From Phycisphaerales bacterium (GTDB lineage Bacteria; Planctomycetota; Phycisphaerae; UBA1845), in assembly GCA_013140575.1 (NCBI GenBank), contig JABFSN010000155.1:2531-66530 (forward strand): DNA of 64,000 nt, in the 5' to 3' direction. Below are positions 17,971 to 27,351 of the stretch, one piece after another. The position numbers were made by a program, and so were the translations under genes. The number at the start of each line of letters is the position of its first letter. The first letter of the stretch is position 1. Below the pieces are notes generated by a model. The model was not told where the DNA came from. It saw nothing but the letters and a program-made list of their open reading frames with translations, and searched no databases.

Positions 17971-18294
17971 ATGCGCAATACACGGTACTCCGATGACGAA
18001 ATCGTTCTCTGCACGTACGCCGCACTATCCAACGCCGACGACTTCGGCGGTGTTGAGGCCATTCACTCGCTGGGCCGGCGGAGTAGGGGCTCCATCGTGC
18101 TCAAGATTCGAAACATTGCGGCCATGCTGGATGAACGAAAGATACCCCGGGAGAATCTCGTATCGCCGTTGTCGGGGCGGCCGCCGGGACAGAACGGCCG
18201 AAGCACGGACTGGGATCGGGTCACCCAATTGGTTGAGCTGTCCTCGGCGGAGCTGTTAGCGAAATGCAAACGAATTTTCGATCAGGCATCGTAA
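17971..18294 (+). CDS. Hypothetical 107-aa protein; resembles the N-terminal region of HNH-type putative restriction endonucleases but has no nuclease motif
   Basis: The pattern is YSDDEIVLCTYAAL...HSLGRRSRGSIVLKIRNIAAMLDE...DWDRV. G+C and GC3 are visibly lower than in neighbouring genes. It lies directly 3' of tRNA-Gln. Confidence 0.45.
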   Translation: MRNTRYSDDEIVLCTYAALSNADDFGGVEAIHSLGRRSRGSIVLKIRNIAAMLDERKIPRENLVSPLSGRPPGQNGRSTDWDRVTQLVELSSAELLAKCKRIFDQAS

Positions 18295-18327
18295 GGCGGA
18301 CCCCGCCCGCCCCATCCGTCTGGCGCC

Positions 18328-20043
18328 GTGATTGCCGACCAACCGTGTGGAGGCAGCGTATTGATAAGCGTGCATCACACTTCGAGTATTCGGTTCGCGA
18401 TCCCGACGACGATCCTCGCCCGGGTGCTGCGGCCCCATGTTGTCGCCGGTGTTGTCATGGCATGGGGGACTGGGGCGCCGGCGGCGGGCGAGTTGCGTCC
18501 GGCGGAATGCGTTTTGATATTCAATTCCCGGAGCGCGGCGTCGCGGGAACTCGCGGAATACTACGCGGCGCGGCGCGACGTTCCGAAGGCCAACCTGTTG
18601 GGGATGGACGTTTCGAGCGGCGAGACGCTTTCGCGACGGGAATTCGACGAGAAACTGCGGCCTGCCATACGGGCGTTTTTGGCGAAGCGGCCGGCGGACG
18701 CCGCGGTTCGCTGCCTGGTGACGTTTTACGACGTGCCGCTGCGCGTCGGGCCGTTTCAACCGGGCGATGAGGACCGGCGCCGAGCGGAGGCGCTTTCGGG
18801 TCGTTTAACCAAGACCTTATTCGAGCTGAGGGGGTTGGCGGATCGCGTCGCCGCCGGACACGCGGCGGCCGCGCGCCCTGGGAGCGGCGCGAAGTCAAGA
18901 GACGACGCGGCGGAGCTGGCTGAATCGCGCGAAGCGTATCGGGCGGCGATCGCGGCCCGCATGGCGTCGGAGCCGCCCGCGGCCACCGAGGCGTGGCGCG
19001 AAGGACGTCGAATCTTGGCGTTGCTGGTGCAGGAAGCGGAGGGGTCGTCGGGGATTCTGGATCGTCTGCGTCCGGGGGCCGAACTCGGCGAATCGCCGTC
19101 GGCCGATGCGGTGCGCTCGGTCGGAGAACAACTGACGCGAACGGAGGCGAGAATCGCGGAGTTGACGGCGTGGGGTGCGGACGGCGATGCATTCGAGCGG
19201 GCGTTGCCCTTGATTCGACAGGCGCGGGGACGGTTCGGGGAGGCGACGGCGTTGTTGCAACGCGTGCGATCGTTACGCGGCGAGGAAACGGAAGCAGCGT
19301 TGGATAGTGAGTTGGCCGTCGTGTTGTGGGGCGATCACGAAATCAGCGGTTGGTTGCCGAATCCCGTGCACTACGCCCGGTCCGCACGTGCGGACCACGC
19401 GATGCAAACATTAATGGTGGCGCGTCTGGACGCGCCCACGCCGGCGCTGGTGCGGCGGATGATTGACGATTCAATCGCGGTTGAACGCGACGGTTTGTCA
19501 GGGGTGTTTTACATCGACGCCCGCGGGAAGGTGGAAAAGGGACTGCGGGCGTTCGACGATGACCTGTTAACGCTGGCGGAGATGGTGCGGACGCGCACGT
19601 CGATTCCCGTGGTAGTGGATCGCCGACCCGATGTGTTTGAGGCGGGGGCGTGCCCGAATGCAGCGCTGTATTGCGGTTGGTACAGCCTGTCGAAGTACGT
19701 GGATGCGTTCGATTTCGTACCCGGGGCCGTCGCGGTGCACGTGGCCAGTTTCGAGTTGACCAGTTTGAAGAAAGCGAACAAGCCATTGTGGTGCAAGTCG
19801 TTGTTGGAAGACGGCGTCGCGGCGACGTATGGGGCGACGAGCGAGCCGTTTTTGGAATCGTTCCCGCTGCCGACGCAGTTTTTCGGCCGGTTGTTGACGG
19901 GTCGCTACACGCTCGTCGAGGCCTACAGCGCGACCGTCCCGGTGTTGTCGTGGCGGTTGAGCCTGCTGGGTGATCCGCTGTACAACCCGTTCCGATCGCG
20001 ACCGATGTTGCCCGCGGATTGGGACCGCACGGACAAGAACTGA
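18328..20043 (+). CDS. TIGR03790-like conserved hypothetical protein (PVC-group family), secreted
   Basis: VLIFNSRSAASRELAEYYAARRDVPKANLL near the N-terminus and ATYGATSEPFLESFP...LLGDPLYNPF at the C-terminus match my recollection of the TIGR03790 family. The true start is probably internal to the listed ORF. Confidence 0.55.
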   Translation: MIADQPCGGSVLISVHHTSSIRFAIPTTILARVLRPHVVAGVVMAWGTGAPAAGELRPAECVLIFNSRSAASRELAEYYAARRDVPKANLLGMDVSSGETLSRREFDEKLRPAIRAFLAKRPADAAVRCLVTFYDVPLRVGPFQPGDEDRRRAEALSGRLTKTLFELRGLADRVAAGHAAAARPGSGAKSRDDAAELAESREAYRAAIAARMASEPPAATEAWREGRRILALLVQEAEGSSGILDRLRPGAELGESPSADAVRSVGEQLTRTEARIAELTAWGADGDAFERALPLIRQARGRFGEATALLQRVRSLRGEETEAALDSELAVVLWGDHEISGWLPNPVHYARSARADHAMQTLMVARLDAPTPALVRRMIDDSIAVERDGLSGVFYIDARGKVEKGLRAFDDDLLTLAEMVRTRTSIPVVVDRRPDVFEAGACPNAALYCGWYSLSKYVDAFDFVPGAVAVHVASFELTSLKKANKPLWCKSLLEDGVAATYGATSEPFLESFPLPTQFFGRLLTGRYTLVEAYSATVPVLSWRLSLLGDPLYNPFRSRPMLPADWDRTDKN

Positions 20044-20063
20044 CCGGCGGGAAGCTGAGTTTC

Positions 20064-20130
20064 GTAGGGTGGGCACTGCGCACCGATTCCCGTCCATGCC
20101 GTTCGAAGAGGTGGGCAATGCCCACCCTAC
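20064..20130. repeat. 67-bp element with perfect 12-bp terminal inverted repeats (GTAGGGTGGGCA ... TGCCCACCCTAC) containing two GGTGGGCA-type palindromes
   Basis: Read directly. It begins 21 nt after the stop of the 18328-20043 gene. Confidence 0.65.
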
Positions 20131-20322
20131 AAGCCGCGACGATATCGCCTTCTCGACAGGGCGCGTGACGGAATCGGCCTGTTCGCCTCGGCGGTTACAA
20201 TCGAGCAGCCCATTTCGACTTGCCCGCGCCGTTCGGACGACGTAAAATGTCGATAGGAAGGGGCGGGATGCGCTTTTTCGCTTTTTGCGGCGGTTCGGTT
20301 CCATTCCGTCCGATCCGGGGGC

Positions 20323-22008
20323 GTGAACATGAAACAACATCGAGGATTGACGAGGCCGTCGGCGTGGACGTTGACCCGTGCGTCGGCGATGGCGACGACG
20401 GTCGGCGCGGCGTTTTGGGCGGTGGCGGCGTTCATGACGGGGGTTGGTTTCGCCGACGAAATCCCGGCCGCCACGACCTCGACCACGGCGGCGACTGCGC
20501 CGAACGGTCGCGGCGCGATCATCCCGGTATCCGACGAAATCAGCGACGTCACGACGGAGAGCATCAAGCGGCGCGTGGCCGGCGCGCTCGAAGAGGGCGC
20601 CGGCGTCATCGTGTTCGAGATCAACACGCCGGGCGGGTACGTGACCAGTGCGCTGGAGATTTCGAATTACATCAAGAACCTGGAGAACGTGAAGACCATC
20701 GCCTGGGTCAACACGGATGCGTATTCGGCCGGTTCGATGATCGCCGTCGCGTGCGACGAGATCGTGATGGCCAAGTCGTCCACGCTGGGTGACTGCGGGG
20801 TGATTATGGGCGGCCCGACGGGGCCGGAGGAAGTGCCGGAGGGCATTCGCGCCAAGGCGGAAAGCCCGGTGCTGGAACAGTTCCGCGATTCGGCCGCCAA
20901 GCACGGGTACGACCGCTTGTTGTGCGAGGCCATGGTGGTCAAGGAGCACGAAGTCTACTGGATCGAGCACGTCGAGACCGGGGAGCGGAAGTTCGTCGAG
21001 ACCGGGGAGAAAGATCGCCTGTTGGAGACGGATCGAAAGACGAGCGTGTTCGGGTTGGAGGTGACGGCCCCGTCGTCGAAGGAACCGGAATGGCGATTGG
21101 TTAAGACGGCGCATGATCCGGTGAGCGATTCGGAGATGGCCGTCGATCAGCCCATCGACAAGGCGACCGAGTTGTTGACCATGTCGCAGAGCCGGGCGTT
21201 CGCGTTCGGATTCTGCAAGGGGATTGTGTCCTCGGAGAAGGATTTGGCGGCGCGGTATGGTCTGTCGCTGCCGATTCCGCGAATCGAGTTCACGGCGCTG
21301 GAAGTGTTCACGCGTTGGCTGACGTCGATGCCGGTGCGCGCGTTTTTGATGATCATAGTGATGCTGGGCGTGTACGTGGAATTCAACACGCCGGGGTTGG
21401 GCGCAGCGGGGTTGGTGGCGCTGATCGCGCTAGGCATATTCCTGGGGGCGCCGTTCCTGACCGGATTGGCCAATGTCTGGGAAATCGTGATCATTGCATT
21501 GGGATTAATCCTGATCGGCGTGGAGTTGTTCGTGCTGCCGGGGTTCGGCGTCGCGGGGATCAGCGGCATCGTGCTGTTGCTGGTTGGATTGCTGGCGACG
21601 TTCGTGCCAGAGGAGCCGGGTCGGTTTCCGATTTACTGGCCGAGCATGGAGGCGGGGGTCGAGGGGTTGAAGCGCGGGGTGCAGACGTTGGGCGCGGCGC
21701 TGGTGTTGTCCATCGTCGGCATCGTGGCGTTGAGCCGGTATTTGCCGCGGATTCCGTACGTGAACGCGATCGTGCCCGCCAATCCCACGCCGTCGGAGGT
21801 GATGCCCAGCGATCCGTACGACGGACTGGCGCGGGTCGGCGACGTGGGGCGGACGATTGGTGCGCTGCGGCCCGCGGGAAAGGCGAAATTCGGGACCATG
21901 CTGGTGGACGTGGTGAGCCAGGGTCAACTGCTCGACGAGGGAACGCAGGTCGAGGTCATCGAACGGATGGGCAATCGGGTGGTGGTTCGGCCGGCGCGGT
22001 CGGCGTGA
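20323..22008 (+). CDS. NfeD-family membrane-bound ClpP-class serine protease (long form)
   Basis: A signal peptide is followed by a ClpP-like domain (IIPVSDEISDVTTESIKRRV...VFEINTPGGYVTSALEISNYI...AYSAGSMIA), a multi-TM block and a C-terminal OB-like NfeD domain (GRTIGALRPAGKAKFG...VEVIERMGNRVVV). Confidence 0.85.
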   Translation: MNMKQHRGLTRPSAWTLTRASAMATTVGAAFWAVAAFMTGVGFADEIPAATTSTTAATAPNGRGAIIPVSDEISDVTTESIKRRVAGALEEGAGVIVFEINTPGGYVTSALEISNYIKNLENVKTIAWVNTDAYSAGSMIAVACDEIVMAKSSTLGDCGVIMGGPTGPEEVPEGIRAKAESPVLEQFRDSAAKHGYDRLLCEAMVVKEHEVYWIEHVETGERKFVETGEKDRLLETDRKTSVFGLEVTAPSSKEPEWRLVKTAHDPVSDSEMAVDQPIDKATELLTMSQSRAFAFGFCKGIVSSEKDLAARYGLSLPIPRIEFTALEVFTRWLTSMPVRAFLMIIVMLGVYVEFNTPGLGAAGLVALIALGIFLGAPFLTGLANVWEIVIIALGLILIGVELFVLPGFGVAGISGIVLLLVGLLATFVPEEPGRFPIYWPSMEAGVEGLKRGVQTLGAALVLSIVGIVALSRYLPRIPYVNAIVPANPTPSEVMPSDPYDGLARVGDVGRTIGALRPAGKAKFGTMLVDVVSQGQLLDEGTQVEVIERMGNRVVVRPARSA

Positions 22009-22039
22009 CGTCGCGGGAAGGGATTTCGGCGAAGCTGGG

Positions 22040-22059
22040 TGCGAGAAGGGATTCTCGCA
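22040..22059 (+). repeat. TGCGAGAA-GGGA-TTCTCGCA hairpin repeat, copy 2
   Basis: It is a family member of 3010-3033 and lies 32 nt after the NfeD stop. Confidence 0.6.
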
Positions 22060-22137
22060 TCTGCGACGGGTGAGGCCATGGGTTCCATCTCCGTCGCGGA
22101 TGAGAGTGGATTGGAAAGCGCCGATCGGTTGCTACCA

Positions 22138-22229
22138 TTCGTCCGCCCTCCGGGCGGAAGAGATATGGGGGCCGTCACCCAGGGACTGAAGTCCCTGGCT
22201 ACGATCGTGCGCCCTACGGGCGAAGAGTC
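22138..22229 (+). repeat. Truncated (TIR-less) copy of the interior of the ~170-bp MITE-like element
   Basis: ttcgtccgccctccgggcgg...ccagggactgaagtccctggctacgatcgtgcgccctacgggcga aligns with the central part of 24680-24848. The terminal arms are absent. Confidence 0.65.
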
Positions 22230-22265
22230 CACGGTGGGCGGGCATGGCCGCTGAAAGGCGCGGAC

Positions 22266-22766
22266 ATGGGTGAACTAACGGTCGTTATTGTGCTGTATGC
22301 GGTGGCAGTGCTGCTGTTGACCGCGGAGTTTTTCATTCCGTCGCACGGCGTGCTGACGGTGGTCGGGGTCGTGTTCCTGGTGCTGGCCATCGTGCGGACG
22401 TTTCAATTCGGACGGGCCGCGGGCATTGTGTCCATCGTGGCGTCGCTGATCCTGCTGCCGACGTTCGTGGTCATCGCGGTGAAGATGTGGCCGCGGACGC
22501 GGATGGGGCGTCTCATTGCGCCGCCCAACCCGGTGTATACGGCCGAGGATCTGGGAGCGCCGACGGCGGAGCTGGAGCCGTTGTTGGGGTCGCGCGGCCG
22601 AACGCTGTCGGCCATGCGTCCGGTGGGTCTGTGCGAATTCGACGGGCGGCGCTTGCAGTGCGTGTGCGAGTCCGGGATGCTGGACGCGGGCGTCGCCGTG
22701 ACGGCGCTGCGCATCAAGGGCCGCAATCTGGAAGTGGCGGCGGTCGGGCCGATGACGACGGTGTAA
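22266..22766 (+). CDS. NfeD-family protein (short form: TM helices plus C-terminal OB-fold)
   Basis: Three N-terminal TM helices are followed by GSRGRTLSAMRPVGLCEFDGRRLQCVCESGMLDAGVAVTALRIKGRNLEV. It lies directly upstream of floA. Confidence 0.75.
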   Translation: MGELTVVIVLYAVAVLLLTAEFFIPSHGVLTVVGVVFLVLAIVRTFQFGRAAGIVSIVASLILLPTFVVIAVKMWPRTRMGRLIAPPNPVYTAEDLGAPTAELEPLLGSRGRTLSAMRPVGLCEFDGRRLQCVCESGMLDAGVAVTALRIKGRNLEVAAVGPMTTV

Positions 22767-22811
22767 TCGACCGTTGGGCGGCGCGGCGGACGTGGAGAAA
22801 GGCGGATCGAG

Positions 22812-23867
22812 GTGAGTCACATGTCGACACTGATCGGTCAAACAGCGAGTTGGGGATGGATCCTGGCAGCCATCGCCGTGGTCGTCGGGCTGGTGGTCGT
22901 GTTTGTTGTATTCCAGTTCATCGGTCTGTGGATTCAGGCGTACATGAGCGGGGCGCGGGTCAGCATATTCGAGCTGATCGGGATGCGTCTGCGAAAGGTG
23001 CACTCGGCGACCATCGTGCTGTGCAAAATCCAGTTGGTGAAGGCCGGCATCCACGATATTACCACGAACGATTTGGAAGCCCATTTCCTGGCCGGCGGAC
23101 GGGTGCCGCAGGTGTGCCGGGCGATCATCCAGGCCAACCGGGCGCAGATCGATCTGGATTATCGCAACGCGTGCGCCATCGACCTGGCCGGGCGTGATAT
23201 TTTGGACGCGGTGAACACATCGGTGAATCCCAAGGTGATCGACTGCCCGGACAAAGAATCGCCGGTGGAACGTCTGGATTCCGTGGCCAGGGACGGTATC
23301 CGCCTGCTGGCCAAGGCCCGGGTAACGGTTCGGACCAACATCCGCCAGTTGGTGGGCGGGGCGACCGAGGCCACGATCATCGCCCGCGTCGGTCAGGCGA
23401 TCGTCAGCGCCATCGGGTCGGCCGAGTCGTACAAGGTAGTGCTGGAAAGCCCGGAAGCCATCGCCCGCAAGGCATTGCAGTCGGGTCTGGACGCGGGGAC
23501 GGCGTTCGAAATCCTGTCGGTGGACATCGCCGATATAAGCGTGGCCGGCGTCGATAAGGAGGCCAACGTCGGCGCGAAACTGCAGGCCGAGCAGGCTGAG
23601 GCCGACAAGCGCCGGTTCCAGGCCGAGGCCGAAAAGCGGGCGGCGATGGCCCGGGCGCTGGAGGCCGAGATGTCGGCCCGCGTGCAGGAAAACCGTGCGA
23701 AAGTGGTCGAGGCCGAGGCCCAGGTGCCGCTGGCCATGGCCGAGGCGTTCCGAAAGGGCAATCTGGGGATCATGGACTACTACAAGATGAAGAACATCGT
23801 GGCCGACACAGCCATGCGTGAATCGATCGGCGGCGAACCGGGCGGCAAGGGACCGGGACCGGCGTAG
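22812..23867 (+). CDS. floA: Flotillin-like protein FloA (SPFH domain, UPF0365/YqfA family)
   Basis: It has an N-terminal TM hairpin and [27 protein letters not shown], and a C-terminal Ala/Glu-rich coiled region ([22 protein letters not shown]). It sits in NfeD-FloA synteny. Confidence 0.9.
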   Translation: MSHMSTLIGQTASWGWILAAIAVVVGLVVVFVVFQFIGLWIQAYMSGARVSIFELIGMRLRKVHSATIVLCKIQLVKAGIHDITTNDLEAHFLAGGRVPQVCRAIIQANRAQIDLDYRNACAIDLAGRDILDAVNTSVNPKVIDCPDKESPVERLDSVARDGIRLLAKARVTVRTNIRQLVGGATEATIIARVGQAIVSAIGSAESYKVVLESPEAIARKALQSGLDAGTAFEILSVDIADISVAGVDKEANVGAKLQAEQAEADKRRFQAEAEKRAAMARALEAEMSARVQENRAKVVEAEAQVPLAMAEAFRKGNLGIMDYYKMKNIVADTAMRESIGGEPGGKGPGPA

Positions 23868-23876
23868 GAACGTGCG

Positions 23877-24683
23877 ATGATGGTGGACGTCGGCAACCTG
23901 GCGCAGTCGTTCCGAGATATCGACCCGGACGACTGGTCGAACCTGCTGTACATTCTGCTGGTCATCCTGTTGCCGGCGCTCGGAAAACTGGGGGCGTGGC
24001 TGCGGGAACGATCCGCCAACGTCGGAGAGAAGGCGGCCGACGAGCCGAAAACTGGTTCACCGGCGAAGGCGAGTCCGACGACCGCGCGCGCGGCGCCGCC
24101 CGTGGCGATGCCGTCCGTTCCGCCGGTCATCAACCGCGCTGATCCGCGTCCAGGGGGCGCGGCCGCGCCGACGGATGACCCACGACGGCGCGGCCCCATC
24201 ACCGTCCGAGTTCAGCGCGGCGATCGACCTGCGGAAGCGATCGGCGACTTGCCGCCGCCGGCGAAAGGCCGATCGCGTCCGACGCCCGATCGTCGAGCGC
24301 CGCGACCGGCTAAAGCTGAACGGCCGGCCATTCCCATTCCCGACGCCGTGCCCGTCCGGACCGGGGTGCGATCGTCCGCTCCGGCGACGCGTCCGGTCGC
24401 GCGTGTTCAGGCGTCCAGCGAGTTGGAACGGAGATTGCCCGACTGGCATTTGTCGCCCGGTGGGAAACCGTCGAGACAAGCCGCGGATGGACTGCGTTCG
24501 GATCAATCCCGGTCGACGCCCGTGCCCGGCGTAGCGCCGCACCCGGGCGATTGGCGAGCGAGGGACGTGTCGCCGGCGCTGCGTCGCCTGCTGCAGCGCA
24601 GGGATTTTGGCGCGGTCATCTTGTTGAACGAGCTGCTGCGTCCGCCGCTGGCGCTGCGCGAGCAAGGCGATCGGCCGTATTAA
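23877..24683 (+). CDS. Hypothetical single-pass membrane protein with a long Pro/Arg/Ala-rich disordered region
   Basis: It has one TM helix (LLYILLVILLPALGKLGAW) and then low-complexity P/R/A sequence. It starts 10 nt after floA. No recognisable domain. Confidence 0.55.
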   Translation: MMVDVGNLAQSFRDIDPDDWSNLLYILLVILLPALGKLGAWLRERSANVGEKAADEPKTGSPAKASPTTARAAPPVAMPSVPPVINRADPRPGGAAAPTDDPRRRGPITVRVQRGDRPAEAIGDLPPPAKGRSRPTPDRRAPRPAKAERPAIPIPDAVPVRTGVRSSAPATRPVARVQASSELERRLPDWHLSPGGKPSRQAADGLRSDQSRSTPVPGVAPHPGDWRARDVSPALRRLLQRRDFGAVILLNELLRPPLALREQGDRPY

Positions 24684-24848
24684 ATAAGAACACACAAGAG
24701 GGAAACCGAGTTTCGTGCGCCCTCCGGGCGGAAAGAAATGGGGAATCCGTTCCAGGGGCTGAAGCCCCTGGCTAAGACCGTGCGCCCTACGGGCGAGGAT
24801 GCGCGAGACTTGCCGAAATCGGTTTCCCTATTCCGTGGTTCTATTTAG
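24680..24848 (+). repeat. MITE-like ~170-bp interspersed element, copy 2
   Basis: It aligns end to end with 4360-4528 and with the reverse complement of 44984-45165 (roughly 85 percent identity by eye). Its first bases overlap the stop codon of the preceding gene. Confidence 0.75.
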
Positions 24849-25052
24849 CCGCGACACGACCGAAATACCGGGCGATCGGTTTGGGCATTGGATCCCAAAT
24901 TGGAAACCGAGTGAGACCCGGGTCGAGGTTACCCCGCCCGCGAAAGTCGGTCCCGCGCGGCCCGCAACTCGCGTGGCGGGTTCTGATCAGAACCCCGGAT
25001 GCAAGTCCAGGGCCGAATGCGAACGGCTGCGCGGAGCCCGAATCCCAAAACG

Positions 25053-25805
25053 TCAGTTCATGTTGTGGCACGAAAGGCACAGGCGTGATTCCTCGATCGG
25101 GACCGCCAATAGGTTTGGCGCGCCGCTGTAAAGATCGTGGCAGGAAACACAACTGACCCGCCCGCCGGGCAGGCGGATCCGCGGTGGCACCAACTGAATC
25201 GGCCGCAGGACGCTGTCCGGCCGGCGATGTGCCGCGTGGCGATAGTCGCCACCGATGGGGTGATCACCGTTGGGTTGGCCGTTCACAAAGCTGACGGTCC
25301 GGGCGCGGCCGTTTCCGACCGCATCGGCGGCGCTGATTCCGTCGTGACACGCCAGGCACCGCCGCGATTCGGCATCAATGGATCCGCCCCACCGCGAATT
25401 CTCGTCAACATCGACGCCGATGTGTGCCCGATCCACGCTCCGCCAATGCGCTGCGCGGGTCGATTCGGCGGTCGACGTCGCATGGCAGTTTGCACAGAAT
25501 CCCCCGTCCCCATCGGGTCCATCGCCCGAAATCCGAAGGCGCGGCGCCGACGTTCCATCGGGCATACCGTCGTGGCACGTGGCGCAGGTGATCGCGCCGC
25601 CCGGTCCAGCAGGCCATCCGGGCGGAATACGGACCGCGGCCGACGGCACGACATCAACAGGATGATTCCACATTCCCGGACCGGTGGAAGACCCTTCCGG
25701 GCCGCTGTGGTCAGGTGGCCCGGCGATAATGGACGAAGTGCTGATCAGGAACGAAATGGACCCGACGGCGCAATGACGAAACCGCCTCCGTGTCCCCCTC
25801 GTCAT
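25053..25805 (-). CDS. Multihaem c-type cytochrome (five CxxCH motifs)
   Basis: CATCH, CANCH, CLACH, CVSCH and CLSCH are spread over 250 aa, with an N-terminal signal/anchor (VGSISFLISTSSIIAG). Confidence 0.8.
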   Translation of the reverse strand: MTRGTRRRFRHCAVGSISFLISTSSIIAGPPDHSGPEGSSTGPGMWNHPVDVVPSAAVRIPPGWPAGPGGAITCATCHDGMPDGTSAPRLRISGDGPDGDGGFCANCHATSTAESTRAAHWRSVDRAHIGVDVDENSRWGGSIDAESRRCLACHDGISAADAVGNGRARTVSFVNGQPNGDHPIGGDYRHAAHRRPDSVLRPIQLVPPRIRLPGGRVSCVSCHDLYSGAPNLLAVPIEESRLCLSCHNMN

Positions 25806-26079
25806 CGGTCATCCCCCGTCAATTCGCGGCGAGGCGATTGGGGTCGGGTCCGACCCCGGTTGCGGCAGGCGTGAACTGCCGGCCCAGTGAACATGTACGA
25901 TATGGGTGCACTTGGCTGGGGCGGCTGGGGCCGGTCCGAAAAGGACCGTGGATTCAGCGGTGCCAGTGACGCTGTTATTCACCTCGTTCGATAACCGGCG
26001 CCCGAATCCGAGCCCGATGGGCGCGGGAATTCCGGTCGGACGCGATTCGATGGAATGCGAAGTGCTAAGATCAGATGAT

Positions 26080-26940
26080 ATGAAACACGCGCCGGGGGAT
26101 ATCGTGTCGGGGAGACTGTGTGCGTGGTTCCGGGCCCGTCGGTCGGTCGGGGGGTGGACGGTTCTGGCTGCGGGGGTGCTGTTGGCGGTGATGCCGGTCC
26201 ACGCCCAGCAGGTGATTCGTCCGGTCAAGGATGGGACGATTCTGGACACCGGAGCCGACGGCGTGCCCGATACGCTGGACGCCACGTTCAACAACTCGAC
26301 GCCGGGATTCGAAGGGGCGATCACGTTGATTCGCGGAGTGAACGCCCGCGAAATCCGTGTGTTCTGGGAATACAACCTCGCGGCGGTGACGATGATCGTG
26401 CCGGTATCAGCCAAGTTGACGCTGACGCTGCGGGGCGCGCCGATTTTTCCGCTGCCGCCGGCGACAGTTCGCGTGGCGGCCTATCCGTCCGATTTGCTGG
26501 AATCACTCGCCGATTTTGGCGCGGTTCCCGAATCGTGCGTCGGCGTGGCGACCGTGGAACCGTTTCAGGAACCGACGGATTTCACGATCGATGTCAGCGG
26601 CGTGGTGAACGACGCCCTGGCGAGCGGTTTGGACCGGGCGGCGTTCCGGTTTCAGATCGAATCGGGCGCGCCCGGCGACGTTTACCAGGCGTTCATTGAC
26701 GCGGTCGATTCCGATCCAGCGACGAAGCCGGTGTTGACGCTCCGCGCCGCGACGTCACTACTGCGGCATGACTACGACGTGGACGGCGACGTCGATCTGG
26801 GCGATTTCCAGCATTTTGACGGATGCTCGACCGGTGTCGGCGGGATGTTCGGACCCGGTTGCCGCACGTTCGACGCCGACGTCGACAGCGACATCGACGT
26901 GTTGGATTTCGGCGACTTCCAGCGGCATTTCACCAACTGA
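26080..26940 (+). CDS. Secreted protein with a C-terminal two-segment dockerin-like (EF-hand-like) module
   Basis: It has a signal peptide (WTVLAAGVLLAVMPVHAQQ). The C-terminus reads YDVDGDVDLGDFQHFDGC...FDADVDSDIDVLDFGDFQRHF. The N-terminal ~220 aa are unassigned. The start was chosen at the ATG at 26080. Confidence 0.65.
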   Translation: MKHAPGDIVSGRLCAWFRARRSVGGWTVLAAGVLLAVMPVHAQQVIRPVKDGTILDTGADGVPDTLDATFNNSTPGFEGAITLIRGVNAREIRVFWEYNLAAVTMIVPVSAKLTLTLRGAPIFPLPPATVRVAAYPSDLLESLADFGAVPESCVGVATVEPFQEPTDFTIDVSGVVNDALASGLDRAAFRFQIESGAPGDVYQAFIDAVDSDPATKPVLTLRAATSLLRHDYDVDGDVDLGDFQHFDGCSTGVGGMFGPGCRTFDADVDSDIDVLDFGDFQRHFTN

Positions 26941-26966
26941 CGCATCGCACCGAATCGAGGCGTCGG

Positions 26967-27191
26967 TCAGTAGATTTCATGAATGACGATTTCGCCGAAC
27001 AGCGGCGGTTCGTAGTAGACATCCGTCACGGTGACTCCGAAATCGAAGAATCCGTCGAAGTCATCCTCGTCGTAACGGTCGATGTACACCCCGCCTGTTG
27101 TTGGATCGCACGAGGCCGAAAAGGCCATGACCATGCCGCCCGCGGCGACGGCGGCGAGCATCCGACGAACCCAATTGACACGTTGAATCAT
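26967..27191 (-). CDS. Small (74 aa) putative lipoprotein, acidic/aromatic-rich
   Basis: It has a signal with a lipobox-like MAFSASC, then DRYDEDDFDGFFDFGVTVTDVYYEPP. An AT-rich upstream region is present. No known family. Confidence 0.45.
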   Translation of the reverse strand: MIQRVNWVRRMLAAVAAGGMVMAFSASCDPTTGGVYIDRYDEDDFDGFFDFGVTVTDVYYEPPLFGEIVIHEIY

Positions 27192-27351
27192 ATCGCACCT
27201 CCCGGGTATCAGAACCCACGATTGGTCCGCCCTTAATACAATTGACCGTTTCCAACCGATTTAGTTGGGGAGAAATCGAAATCGCCGTAACTAATTGAAA
27301 AATATGTGATTGCGTCGATTCGCGGTGCCCTGTCGGACGCCGAACGGCGTA

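Noticed and set aside
17832-18327. A genomic island or prophage integrated at tRNA-Gln.
   Set aside because: There is no integrase, no recognisable direct repeat of the tRNA 3' end, and only one small ORF. At most it is a decayed remnant, reported as a low-interest finding only.
19567-21114. A 515-aa minus-strand ORF spanning the end of the TIGR03790-like gene, the intergenic repeat and the start of the NfeD gene.
   Set aside because: It is Arg/Pro/His-rich low-complexity sequence. It crosses an intergenic palindromic repeat and is antisense to two well-supported genes.
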